Below are positions 1-13,400 of a DNA stretch of 64,000 bases, in pieces. Where the stretch lies: the NCBI GenBank assembly GCA_965112735.1, contig OZ218960.1:2852001-2916000 (forward strand), read 5' to 3'. Origin of the DNA: Phaeosaccion multiseriatum. Its lineage: Eukaryota > Protista > Ochrophyta, other classes. Position numbers and translations under genes: made by a program. The notes under the pieces were generated by a model. The model was not told where the DNA came from. It saw only the letters and a list, made by a program, of their open reading frames with translations, and did no database searches. Every line of letters starts with the position of its first letter. Position 1 is the stretch's first letter.

Positions 1-268
1 ACATACGTAAGGGAGGTACGTAAGTACGGGGTACGCACACAGAAGGGGCACATACGTAACGGGTACAAGGGGTACGTACACACACATACGTAAGTGAGTA
101 CGTAAGTACGGGGTATGCACACAGAAGGGGCACATACGTAACGGGTACACAAACATACGCAAGGGGTACGTACACACACATACGTAAGGGAGTACGTAAG
201 TACGGGGTATGCACACAGAAGGGGCACATACGTAACGGGTACACAAACATACGAAAAGGGGTACGTAC
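1..268. repeat. Intronic minisatellite (~85-95 bp unit, about 3 copies) in the CysRS intron
   Basis: The block acatacgtaa..gtacgtaagtacggggta(c/t)gcacacagaaggggcacatacgtaacgggtaca recurs at ~1, ~84 and ~177. Confidence 0.85.
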
Positions 269-2457
269 CAGAGAGAAGAGGCCGGCGGCGGCTCGCGGAG
301 TGGTGAGGTCATCCCCGAGACCAGCTTCGAACTGCGAGAGGGCGGATGAAAGCGCTTTAGGCAAGGCCTCAAGGCCCTTTTGGTGCTTTGCGGAGAGGGG
401 TTCAGCTGGTGATGATGGAGGGACAGCAGACGCGGCCTTGGCGAGCATGGCCTTGAACTTATCGAGCCGCTTCACCGCATTCTTCGAAGCCTGTTGGAGG
501 CAGGGGGGAAGGAAGGAAGGAAGGAAGGAAGGAAGGAAGGGAGGGAGGGAGGGAGGGAGGAGGGGTGTGGGAAAAGTCTCACACATAAGTCTCACATTGA
601 AACAGTAAACTTCAAACTGAAACTGACCCTGACAACCACTGACAAGCACCCCCACCTTCAGAGCCTCTGGCGTGAAGTTGAGGGGCGAGCGGTAGTGGCT
701 GCTCACCACGAGGTAGCGGAAACCTCGCACGTCGAGGGCGGTACGGAGAGCGCCTTGAAGGGTAAGGAAATTGCCTTTACTCTTGCTCATCTTTTCCTGT
801 GGTAAGGGGGGAGGCCGGGGAGGGGAGGAGGAAGTCAGGGAGTGAGGAAGTGAGGGAGAGAGGGAGAGAGGGAGGGAGGAAGGGAGGAAGGGAAGTAGAA
901 CGGGAAGTAGAAAGGGAGGGAGGGAGGGAGGGAGGGAGGGAGGAAGGGAGGAAGGGAGGGAGGTAGGGAGGGAGGGAGGAAGGAAGGGAGAGAGGAAGGG
1001 AGGGAGGGAGGGAGGGAGGGAGGGAGGGAGGGCGGGAGAGAGGGAGGGAGGAAGGGAGGAAGGGAAGTAGAACGGGAAGTAGAAAGGGAGGGAGGGAGAA
1101 AGGGAGGAAGGGAGGAAGGAAGGGAGGGAGGGAGGGAGGGAGGGAGGGAGGGAGGGAGGAAGGAAGGAAGGAAGGAAGGGAGGAAGGAAGGAAGGAAGGA
1201 AGGGAGGGAGGGAGGGAGGAAGGAAGGGAGGAAGGGAGGGAGGGAGGAAGGGAGGGAGGGAGGGAAGGAGAAAAGGAGGGGAGGGAGGGAGGAAGACGGT
1301 CGGGCCGAGTCACTAAAAGTACACTAAAATCGATACGAAGAGTCGCTATCTGAACCCCGACGAACACATACACGCACCGAGTCAACGTTAACGAATCCGT
1401 TGTGTATCCAGCAGCCGCAAAAGGGCTTGCCTGTAAACCCCTCGCTCTGCGCAATTTCATTTTCGTGGTGGGGGAAGACAAGGTCGACTCCTCCGGCATG
1501 AATGTCGATGGTATCGCCCAGGTATCTGCAGCAGTTGGTGATACAGCAGGCACAGGAGGCAGATCAGTATATGCTATCAAATAGGTGCAGGAAGGCCTGA
1601 GCGAAAGTGCCGTGCGTGAGCACGTGCGTACCTACCACGTGCGTATTCCTCGTCAAAACCACCGTCGAAGTTTAGTGACGTCAATCAATATGGATGATGT
1701 GTCGATATCGACATCGTCATCTGTGACAGGTAGGGCCATATATATATAGTGGGACGTATGCGTCTTCTCACCTTCTCGCCATGGCACTGCACTCAATGTG
1801 CCACCCCGGTCGGCCCTTGCCTGTGAGTGAGAGGGTCGAGCGAGAGAGGGTGGAGGAGAAGGCACGGAGAGGGCCGATGAGTTAGCGTAAGAGAGAGAGA
1901 GAGAGTACAGCGAGAGAGGGTGGAAAGAGGGCAGAGAGATAGGCCAGAGACTACGAATGACGTCTAATGAGGATCATCTATGGCGCCACCCCCCCCCCCC
2001 AACAGGACAGGGCCCCTTTTGTTCCCGCCTTTCGCCTTCGTATGTGGGTGCGTGCGTACCTTTCAGAGTGAAGGCCTGCCTGCCCGGTGTCGGGAATCAC
2101 TCACTCACTGACTGACTGACTGACTGACTGATTGACTGACTGACTCACTTATCTACTCGCTCACTCACTGACTCGCTTACTCACTAACCTACTCACTCAC
2201 CCACTCCCTCCCTCCTCCCCTCCCCCCCTCCCCTCTCCCTCACTAACTCATTGACTCACTCACCTAGCGAAGTTTCCCAAAACACGTCTCCATCCTCCTC
2301 CTTGTACGCCTTCCAAAGCGCAAAGTCCTTCGCGTTCTCCTTCCCATTGGCACCGCCGCTGGGCGCCTCGTACTCATCCGCATCACTCACTTGTGCAACC
2401 TCCTTCTGCCTTCCTGTCTCTCCTCTCTCTCCTGCCTCCTCGCTACCACCGCTACTA

Positions 2458-2495
<38 letters not shown>

Positions 2496-4089
2496 ACCCT
2501 CCTGACCAACGATAAGAGGAGACGGAGGACGGGGAGGACGAGAAACCTTCAATGTGCGGTGTGGTGCGAGATTGGCGACGACGGAGAATTGAGAGATCAT
2601 GCTTGCACCACTGCGCTGTTGGTTACCCTTGCCTGCAGCTGAGGGCAGATTGCACCAAAGACACCCCACCCAGTCACTCTCACTGCTCACGAGTCAGCGA
2701 TGGCTCCTCCCCTACCTCCTCGTCAGCGCCGTCCTCGAACTTGATGTTGGCGAAGTCTCCGTAGGTGGGGAAAGAAGACACTCTAAAGTACACGCTGCCG
2801 TCCTGCTCGTACGCCAGACCTACAGAGAGAGGGAGAGAAGGGAGAGGGGGAGAGAGAGATAGAGCGAGAGATAGAGAGAGAAAAGTGGATTAGGGATTGC
2901 TCCCCCACACCGATATGTATTCTGTACTGCTTTTTTTCTTCCCATCCGTCCCTCCTCCGATCCCCCGACTTCCCGAACCCACCCACCCACTCATCCACCC
3001 ATCCACCCATCCACTCTCCCGCCGCTCAATCTCTCTCTCTCTCACCCTTGTCCATGAGTCCTGACACCATCTCCACGATCTCCGGAATGTGATCCGTAGC
3101 CCTGGGGTAGATGGTAGCGGGCACGATGTTTAGGGCCTTGAGGTCTTGGAAGAAGATGTCAGCGAAGCGGTTCGTGAGGTCCTTGAGACTGATGCCGTCC
3201 CTCTGCACTCGAGCGATGATCTTGTCGTCGACATCTGTCAAGTTGCACACATGGTGTACCTGTTGGTGTAGATGTTGGTTGTTCAGAAGACGGGGCAGGT
3301 TGGTGTGTAGGCGTTGCGTTCAGAAGAGAGGCAGGCAGGCCGGCCCCACTCGGGTTTGTGTGTTCAGTGGTTTTATCGGTACTCATGTACAGCGTCAGAC
3401 TTTGTCCGGTTTGTATCTCTCCCTCCCTCCATACTCACCTCGTAGCCTTTGTAGGTGAGCCACCGCTTCAGGATGTCGTAGGTGAGGAAGGCGCGAAAGT
3501 TCCCGATGTGGGCGGAGTCGTAAACCGTAGGACCGCAGCTGTAGAACTTGAGTGGTCGCCGCTCGCCCTTGCTCTTGCCGTCGACGCCTGCAGACGACAA
3601 ATCCGCACCGTTGAGAGGTCCTTTGGTCCGGGTTGCTGTGTTGAAGAGCAGGACGGATGGGTCGCTGTGCCGCCCGACTCCTCCGTCCTCACCTGTATCT
3701 ACGTCTGCACCGGCGGCTAATCCTCTCCTCCGAAGGACATTCCCACGGCTCCACTCGCCCCCCCCTCGGCCCCTAAAGCCACCTCCTTTCCCTCTGCCGC
3801 TGCGGCTGCTGCTTCTGGAGCAATCATGATTTCCAACGCTAGAATCTAAAGCGCTACAGAGACGTCTACATCGACGGTGGGAGCGCCTCTTACTGCTGCT
3901 GCTACTGCTGTCGCTCTCTCGTGCTCGCCTTTGAGTGCTCTCCTCTCTCCACGGCCGCCCGCCTTTTGCCGCTGCTCCTGCTGCTCGTAGAGGCGCCCCG
4001 AGCGTGAAAGGGCGCGCTCCGGGGAGCGTCTTGTACGCAACCACCACCAGCAGCAGAACGTGAAGGATGTGCCGGCTGGGCCCCACCAT
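269..4089 (-). CDS. cysS: Cysteinyl-tRNA synthetase (class I), probably organelle/plastid-targeted; 3' end lies beyond the window
   Basis: GT-AG exons join in frame: 4089-3439, 3259-3046, 2819-2716, 2501-2264, 1820-1772, 1525-1378, 796-656, 490-269. They give the diagnostic motifs [17 protein letters not shown] (HIGH), [57 protein letters not shown] and HYRSPLNF. Confidence 0.96.
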
Positions 4090-4429
4090 CCTGTTGGAAT
4101 GTTGTGGAAATTGTGTCTGATCTTATCCTGATCTTGGGCCTTCGTTGCCTTACTACAGCACAGAAGGAGGCGTTTCGGAAATTCTTCTCTCAGGCATTTA
4201 ATTCCTGCGAAGAGCACCCTCCATACATCTTTAGACTGTCATCCCGGTGTAATTGAGACAGAAACTCCTATCCAGTACATAAGATCGAGGCTGAGTCGGA
4301 TTTTATAGAGGGAGTTACGCGGGTTACACTCTGTTTTAAGTCAAACAAGGTGCGGCGCAGCACCACGAGAGGCAGTCACTCCCATTCAGCTCAAGTCGGC
4401 TTGCCAAACTTGGTGCCGCATCAGCAGCC

Positions 4430-7400
4430 ATGCCTCTTTCCAAGCGCAAGAGGGCGGTAGCGATGAGCATCGCTCTGCTCCTGGCGCTTAGTAGCCAGGA
4501 CGGAGTGTATGCGGGTGGCCAGCAGAAGAAGTCTGCGAAGAAGAGCGGTGAGTGGCGGAGCTCGATCTTGCGTTAGTGCATGGATGGGGGGAAGGCATAC
4601 ACAGCGAGGCTTCATCCGGGAGGCGACTGGCCCATGCTCTTCTGACGCGTATCCTCTTCCTGTCTGCTGTGTCTACACTGCTCTGTCTGTCTCTCTGTCG
4701 CTCGCTCGCTCGCTCGCCCACCACCTTACGCCCACAACAGGAGCCGGAGGCGGTGCTAAGAAGTCAAGCACTAAGTCAACCTCGTCTTGGAAAGCTTCTC
4801 CAACCCCTACGCCTGTTTGGAGTAAGGACAGCAGCAAGAAGAGCAAGAGCGCCAAGAAGAGTGAGTATGAGTTGGACTTGGGTGCGCTCCCAAAGAGACT
4901 CTACGCCGTGCCTCGCTGCTCTTTCACGGAGGAACCCCCTCCCCCCTTCTCCCTCCTACCTTCTCGCTCACAATGTGCTCTCCTTCCCCTGCTCCACGTA
5001 CCACAAGCTCATGCACTCCCTCCCTCCCTCCCTCCGCTCCTCACTGTCCATCCACCCCTGCAGGCTCAAAGTGGAGCTCCCCCACCCCCGCTCCTGTCGA
5101 GATGGAGGTGGTGCCAGATTCTTCCCCTCCAGTATGGACGGAACCCCCGGTGGACCCAACACCAACCCCTGTGGAGCCAACACCAGTCCCGGTGTGGACG
5201 GAACCCCCTGTGGAGCCAACACCAGTCCCGGTGTGGACGGAACCCCCTGTGGAGCCAACACCAGTCCCGGTGTGGACGGAACCCCCTGTGGAGCCAACAC
5301 CAGTCCCGGTGTGGACGGAACCCCCGGTGGAGCCAACACCAACCCCTGTGGAGCCAACACCAGTCCCGGTGTGGACGGAACCCCCTGTGGAGCCAACACC
5401 AGTCCCGGTGTGGACGGAACCCCCTGTGGAGCCAACACCAGTCCCGGTGTGGACGGAACCCCCGGTGGACCCAACACCAACCCCTGTGGAGCCAACACCA
5501 GTCCCGGTGTGGACGGAACCCCCTGTGGAGCCAACACCAGTCCCGGTGTGGACGGAACCCCCTGTGGAGCCAACACCAGTCCCGGTGTGGACGGAACCCC
5601 CTGTGGAGCCAACACCAGTCCCGGTGTGGACGGCAGCCCCGGTGGCTCCTACGCCCACGAAGGAGGGGAAGAAGAACAAGAAGGCGAAGAAGTCCAATTC
5701 GAAGGACAAGAAGGACAAGAGCGGCAAGTCTAAAAAGGGTAAGCATAAAGGTCCGATGAGCCTGACTCTCCCTCATGACTCTCATCTGCGACTTGTTTAG
5801 AAGCTACCTCCCTGCTGCGCTCCACATCCTCCCCTCCTCTGCTCGACACCGCCCATATGCCTCTACATCGTGCATGAGTGCTGCATGGAGCGACTGGCTC
5901 ACCCTTCTGCTCACTCCTCGATATCACACTGTGCTCTCCCTCGCGGGCATGTCTGTCAGCTTTGGCTCCTTTACGCTCTCCCTCCCTCTCTCCCTCCCTA
6001 CCAACCTCCCTCCCAACCTCCCTCCCTCCCTCCCCACCTCCCCCCCTCCCTCCCTCCCTCCCTCCCTCCCTCCCTCCCTCCCTCCCTCCCTCCCTCCCTC
6101 CCTCCCTCCCTCCCTCCCTCCCTCCCTCCCTCCCTCCCTCCCTCCCTCCCTCCCTCCCTCCCTCCCTCCCTCCCTCCCTCCCTCCCTCCCTCCCTCCCTC
6201 CCTCCCTCCCTCCCTCCCTCCCTCCCTCCCTCCCTCCCTCCCTCCCTCCCTCCCTCCCTCCCTCCCTCCCTCCCTCCCTCCCTCCCTCCCTCCCTCCCTC
6301 CCTCCCTCCCTCCCTCCCTCCCTCCCTCCCTCCCTCCCTCCGTCCGCCCCGCACTACCGCCACCTGCAGGCAACTCATCAAACAAGTGGAGCGCTCCTAC
6401 GCCAGTGCCTACGCCTCACCCCACGGACCCTCCTACGCCTCACCCCACGGACCCTCCTACGCCTCACCCCACGGATGCTCCCGTTTGGGTTGCACCACCC
6501 ACCGATGCTCCTACACCTCACCCCACGAACCCTCCTACGCCTCACCCCACGGATGCGCCCGTTTGGGTTGCACCACCCACGGATGCTCCTACGCCTCACC
6601 CCACGGATGCGCCCGTTTGGGTTGCACCACCCACGGATGCTCCTACACCTCACCCCACGAACCCTCCTACGCCTCACCCCACGGATGCTCCCGTTTGGGC
6701 TGCACCACCCACGAACCCTCCTACGCCTCACCCCACGGATGCGCCCGTTTGGGTTGCACCACCCACGGATGCTCCTACACCTCACCCCACGGATGCTCCC
6801 GTCTGGACCGCGCGACCGACGAGTGCTCCGGTGTCGAGCAAGAAGAGGGGCAAGGACAGCAAGAAGGACAAGAAATCCAAGCAGGGTGACAAGGTCGGGA
6901 AGGGACAAAAGAACGACCACAAGAACGCCAAGGGTGAGTGGGAGGGCACGGCGGGGGCTTCGAGGGGTGGAGTTGCTCAATGTTTATGAGCTGGAGCTGA
7001 GTCATCTCACCAACGCACGCACGCACACGCCTCGCACTCACGCAATCTGCCTCGACTGCCTCCCTCCCTCCCTCCCTCCCTCCCTCTTTCCATTCCCTCC
7101 CTCCTTCCCTTCCTCCCTCCCTCCCTCCCTCCCTCCCTCCCTCCCTCCCTCCCTCCCTCCCTCCCTCCCTCCCTCCCTCCCTCCCTCCCTCCCTCCCTCC
7201 CTCCCTCCCTCCCTCCCTCCCTCCCTCCCTCCCTCCCTCCCTCCCTCGCTCCCTCCCTCCCTCCCTCCCTCCCTCCCTCCCTCCCTCCCTCCCTCCCTCC
7301 CTCCCCCCCTCCCTCCTTCCCTACATCCGTCCCCCCTCCCTCCCTACATCTGCAGACGGTTCAAAGAAGAGCTCCCCTCCGCCTCACCCCACGGACCCTC

Positions 7401-10400
7401 CTACGCCTCACCCTACGGATGCGCCCGTCTGGGTTGCACCACCCACGGATGCTCCTACGCCTCACCCCACGGATGCGCCCGTTTGGGTTGCACCACCCAC
7501 GGATGCTCCTACGCCTCACCCCACGGATGCGCCCGTCTGGGTCGCACCACCCACGGATGCTCCTACGCCTCACCCCACGAACCCTCCTACGCCTCACCCC
7601 ACGGATGCTCCCGTCTGGGTCGCACCACCCACAGATGCTCCCGTTTGGCTTGCACCCCCCACCCCTCCCCCCGTGAAGAAGAGGGGCAAGGACAGCAAGA
7701 AGGACAAAAAGTCCAAGCAGGGTGACATCGGGAAGGGACCGAAGAACGACAGCAAGAACGCCAAGGGTGAGTGGGAGGGCACGGCGGGGGCTTGGAGGGG
7801 TTCAGTTGCTCATTGTTTATGAGCTGTAGCTGAGTCATCGCACCAACGCATGCACCCACACGCCTCGCACTCACGCAAACTGCCTCGACTGCCTGCCTGC
7901 CTCCCTCCCTTTCTCCCTCCCTCTTTCCATTCCCTCCCTCCTTCCCTCCCTCCCTACATCTGCAGACGGTTCAAAGAAAAGCTCCCCTCCGCCTCACCCC
8001 ACGAACCCTCCTACGCCTCACCCCACGAACCCTCCTACGCCTCACCCCACGGATGCGCCCGTCTGGGTTGCACCACCCACGGATGCTCCTACGCCTCACC
8101 CCACGAACCCTCCTACGCCTCACCCCACGGATGCTCCCGTCTGGGTTGCACCACCCACCCCTACCCCCGTGGAGGAGGATAGCGAGGACTCAGAGGTTAT
8201 GCCCACGGCCGCACCCACGGCAGCTCCCGTCTGGACCGCGAGACCGACGAGTGCTCCGGTGTCGAGCAAGAAGAGGGGCAAGAAGGAGGAAGGAGGAGGC
8301 AAGCCGCCCAAGGACAACAACAAGGACAAGAACGACAAGCCTGGTGACAAGATGGGGAAGAGCGATAAGGCCGGGAAGGGACAGAAGAACGACAACAAGA
8401 ACGCCAAGGGTGAGTAGGAGGGCACGGCGGGGGCTTGGAGGGGTGGAGTTGCTCATTGTTTTTGAGCTGGAGCTGAGTCATCTCACCAACGCACGCACGC
8501 ACATGCCTCGTATTCACGCAATCTGCCTCGACTGCCTGCCTACCTCCCTCCCTCCATCTTTCCACTCCCTTCCTCCCTCCCTCCCTTCCTTCCTCCCTTC
8601 CTCCCTCCCTCCCTCCCTCCCTCCCTCCCTCCCTCCCTCCCTCCCTCCCTCCCTCCCTCCCTCCCTCCCTCCCTCCCTCCCTCCCTCCCTCCCTCCCTCC
8701 CTCCCTCCCTCCCTCCCTCCCTCCCTCCCTCCCTCCCTCCCTCCCTCCCTCCCTCCCTCCCTCCCTCCCTCCCTCCCTCCCTCCCTCCCTCCCTCCCTCC
8801 CTCCCTCCCTCCCTCCCTCCCTCCCTCCCTCCCTCCCTCCCTCCCTCCCTCCCTCCCTCCCTCCCTCCCTCCCTCCCTCCCTCCCTCCCTCCCTCCCTCC
8901 CTCCCTCCCTCCCTCCCTCCCTCCCTCCCTCCCTCCCTCCCTCGCTCCCTCCCTCCCTCCCTCCCTCCCTCCCTCCCTCCCTCCTTCCCTCCTTCCCTCC
9001 TTCCCTCCTTCCCTCCCTCCCTCCCTCCCTACATCCGTCCCCCCTCCCTCCCTACATCTGCAGACGGTTCAAAGAAGAGCTCCCCTACGCCAATGCCTCC
9101 GCCTCACCCCACAGATGCTCCCGTTTGGGTTGCACCCCCCACCCCTCCCCCCGTGGAGGAGGATAGCGAGGACTCAGAGGACTCAGAGGACTCAGAGGAG
9201 GAGGAGGAGGAGTGTGCAGACCTTGTGACGCTGCTATTGGGAGCCAACGACGAAGGAGACTTTGACGCTCTCATCGACGCCATTGAGTCCGTCGAGGGCC
9301 TCGCTGGTACCCTCTCGAGCGCTGAGGTAAGAGCAATGGCGGAGGAGGAGGAGGAGGAGGAGGAGGAGGATAAGGCTTCGCCAAGCTTTGTCTCTATGCA
9401 GCAGTTGGTCACTCTCCTGGTATGCCTACATGCATTCACAAGCGAGTCTTTGTATTCTGTCTCAACTTTGAACTCTCTCCCCTCCCCTCCCCTTTCCCTC
9501 CTCTCAGCTGACTGTGTTCGCACCTACGGACGAGGCCTTCGCTGCCGCCGGGCTATGGTGAGTGGATTGTTGAAAGCAATCGCAACGGCACAGGCAGGGG
9601 GTAATGTACGGGTATTGTCGGAGAGAGAATGAGCGAGCGGTGCCGACCACCCCCCCCCACCACACTCCTTCGCTAAGCTTGTGCGCCTCCGCCTCTCCCC
9701 TTCCCCCCCTCCCCTCCGTCTCCTTCTCAGCTCCAGCTCCGAGGCCGAGGACATTGGCGACTGCACAGACATCACCAGTGTGCCCACGGAAGTGCTCGCG
9801 AGCATCCTGACCTACCACGTCACTGAAGGCACCGTATTGGAAGAAGATGTTCTCGGCACGACCGTTACCACCCTCAACGGAGCCACCTTCGAAGTGAGCG
9901 CTGAAGGCATCATCACCGACGCAAGTGGAGCCACCTCCGCCATCCTCGGAACGGACTTGCTCGCATGTAACGGCGTGGCACACGTCATCGACGGAGTGCT
10001 CACCCCTCCAGCTGAGGAGACGGAGGCACCCATGGCCGCGCCACCTTTAATCCCTACAAAGGCTCCGGCGTCAAGCAAGAAGAGCGGCAAGAAGGAGGAA
10101 GGAGGAGGCAAGCCGCCCAAGGACAGCAACAAGGACAAGAACGACAAGCCTGGTGACAAGATGGGGAAGAGCGATAAGGCCGGGAAGGGACAGAAAAACG
10201 ACAACAAGAACGCCAAGGGTGAGTAGGATGGCACGGCGGGGGCTTGGAGGGGTGGAGTTGCTCATTGTTTTTGAGCTGGAGCTGAGTCATCTCACCAACG
10301 CATGCACACACACACTTCCCACTCATGCAGGCACATGCGCACACACACACTCTGCCTCCCTCCCTCCTTCCCTCCCTCTTTCCCTTCCCTTCCCTCCCTC

Positions 10401-13400
10401 CTTTCCCACCGTTCCTCCCTCCCTCGACCTCCCCTCCCTCCCCTCATTCACTCACTCACTCACTCACTCACTCACTCACTCACTCTCCTGCCTGTGCACT
10501 TCTCTACCGCTGATATCAAGCAGGATCCAAGCAAGGAAAGCAAGGCGAGGTCCCTCCTACCCCGCCTACCCCCCCCACCGACGAAGACACACCCACCGGC
10601 CCCCCCGTGCAGACTCCTGGCAAGAAGCAAGACAAGCAAGGCGGCGACAAGGCCGGCAAGCCTGACAAGGCTGGCAAGGGAGAGAACAACAACGACAAGA
10701 GTGGCGACAAGGGTGAGTTGGAGGGCAGGGTAGAGGATAGTCGCTTGTGCATTTGATAGCACTGAGTCGGTGCCTCGCTCTCTTTCAGTGAGCAATGCAC
10801 GCACGCACACATACACACTCACACTTTGTTCTCACGCACGCACACACACGCACGCACACTGCCTGACACTCACTCCCTCCTTCCCTCACACACTCACTCA
10901 CTCACTCACTCACTCACTCACTCACTCACTCACTCACTCACTCACTCACTCACTCACTCACTCACTCACTCACTCACTCACTCACTCACTCACTCACTCA
11001 CTCACTCACTCACTCACTCACTCACTCACTCACTGCACTTCCCTACCGCTGATATCAAGCAGGATCCAAGCAAGGAAAGCAAGGCGAGGTCCCTCCTACC
11101 CCGCCTACCCCCCCCACCGACGAAGACACACCCACCGGGCCCCCCGTGCAGACTCCTGGCAAGAAGCAAGACAAGCAAGACAGCGACAAGGCCGGCAAGC
11201 CTGACAAGGCCGGCAAGGGAGAGAACAACAACGACAAGAGTGGCGGCAAGGGTGAGTTGGAGGGCAGGGTAGAGGATAGTCGCTTGAGCCCGTGCCTCGC
11301 TCTCTTTCAGTGAGCAATGCACGCACACACACACACACTCACACTTTGTTCTCACGCACGCACACACACTGCCTGACGAGGACTCCCTCACTCACTCACT
11401 CACTCACTCACTCACTCACTCACTCACTCACTCACTCACTCACTCACTCACTCACTCACTCACTCACTCACTCTCCTGCCTGTGCACTTCCCTACCGCTG
11501 ATATCAAGCAGGATCCAAGCAAGGAAAGCAAGGCGAGGTCCCTCCTGCCCCGCCTACCCCCCCCACCGACGAAGACACACCCACCGGGCCCCCCGTGCAG
11601 ACTCCTGGCAAGAAGCAAGACAAGCAAGGCGGCGACAAGGCCGGCAAGCCTGACAAGGCTGGCAAGGGAGAGAACAACAACGACAAGAGCGGCGGCAAGG
11701 GTGAGTTGGAGGGCAGGGTAGAGGATAGTTTCTTGTGCATTTGATAGCACTGAGTCGGTGCCTCGCTCTCTTTCAGTGGGCAATGCACGCACACATCTGC
11801 AAACACACACCCAGATACCCACGCACGCACACACACACTCCCTCCCTTCCTCCCCTCATTCACTCACTCACTCACTCACTCACTCCTCTGCCTGTGCACT
11901 TCCCTACCGCTGATATCAAGCAGGATCCAAGCAAGGAAAGCAAGGCGAGGTCCCTCCTACCCCGCCTACCCCCCCCACCGACGAAGACACACCCACCGGG
12001 CCCCCCGTGAAGACTCCTGGCAAGAAGCAAGACAAGCAAGGCGGCGACAAGGCCGGCAAGCCTGACAAGGCTGGCAAGGGAGAGAACAACAACGACAAGA
12101 GTGGCGGCAAGGGTGAGTTGGAGGGCAGGGTAGAGGATAATGGCTTGAGCCCTTCCCTCGCTCTCTTTCAGTGGGCAATGCACGCACACACACACTCACA
12201 CTTTGTTCTCACGCACGCACACACACTGCCTGACGAGGACTCCCTCACTCACTCACTCACTCACTCACTCACTCACTCACTCACTCACTCACTCACTCAC
12301 TCACTCACTCACTCACTCACTCACTCTCCTGCCTGTGCACTTCCCTACCGCTGATATCAAGCAGGACCCAAGCAAGGAAAGCAAGGCGAGGTCCCTCCTA
12401 CCCCGCCTACCCCCCCCACCGACGAAGACACACCCACCGGGCCCCCCGTGAAGACTCCTGGCAAGAAGCAAGACAAGCAAGGCGGCGACAAGGCCGGCAA
12501 GCCTGACAAGGCTGGCAAGGGAGAGAACAACAACGACAAGAGTGGCGGCAAGGGTGAGTTGGAGGGCAGGGTAGAGGATAGTCGCTTGAGCATTTGATAG
12601 CACTGAGTCGGTGCCTCGCTCTCTTTCAGTGAGCAATGCACGCACACACACACACTCACACTTTGTTCTCACGCACGCACACACATGCACGCACACTGCC
12701 TGACGAGCACTCCCTCACTCACTCACTCACTCACTCACTCACTCACTCACTCACTCACTCACCCACTCACTCACTCACTCACTCACTCACTCACTCACTC
12801 ACTCCCTCCCTCCCTCCCTCCCACACTCACTCACTCACTCACTCACTCACTCACTCACTCACTCACTCACTCACTCACTCACTCACTCACCCACTTAATC
12901 ACTCATTCACTCACTCACTCACTCCCTCACTCACTCACTCATTCACCCTCTCACCCCCCCGCTCCACCCACTACACTACACCACACATCCACAGCCGTCC
13001 ATAACAAGGAGGGAGGCAAGAGCAACAAGAAGCAGGGCAAGGAGGGACCGAAGGGCAACAAGCCGGGCAAGAACGGTACTCCCTCGCCCGCCTGGACCAA
13101 ACCTCCCCACCCAGTGTGGACCGAAGTTCCTAGCTCCGCCGAGCCTACTCCTTCATGGACCGACGCTCCTGTTGCCACTCCGGCGCCCACCTGCCCCGAC
13201 CAGGACGAGTGTGCGATGGCTTGTGCCGAGCAGGGACTGACTTGTTACTTTGACCCCACCTGCCCCTCCGGAGACGGCAAGGAGAAGGGAGGAGACGAGA
13301 AGAGCGAGAAGGATGGAAAGCGCAGGAAGAGTGGAGATGGAACGTCCAAGGAAGGAGAAGATGATGACGAGACGAATGCCAGCAAGTCGAAGAAGGGAGG

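Noticed and set aside
2058-2098. Extra CysRS exon (AG...GTACG on the minus strand)
   Set aside because: The flanking exons already join to give the conserved [16 protein letters not shown].
5775-9228. Long ORFs with (PPSL)n or (EGGR)n
   Set aside because: These are stop-free translations of intronic (CCCT)n. The same applies at 777-1580, 46083-46997 and 58027-59152.
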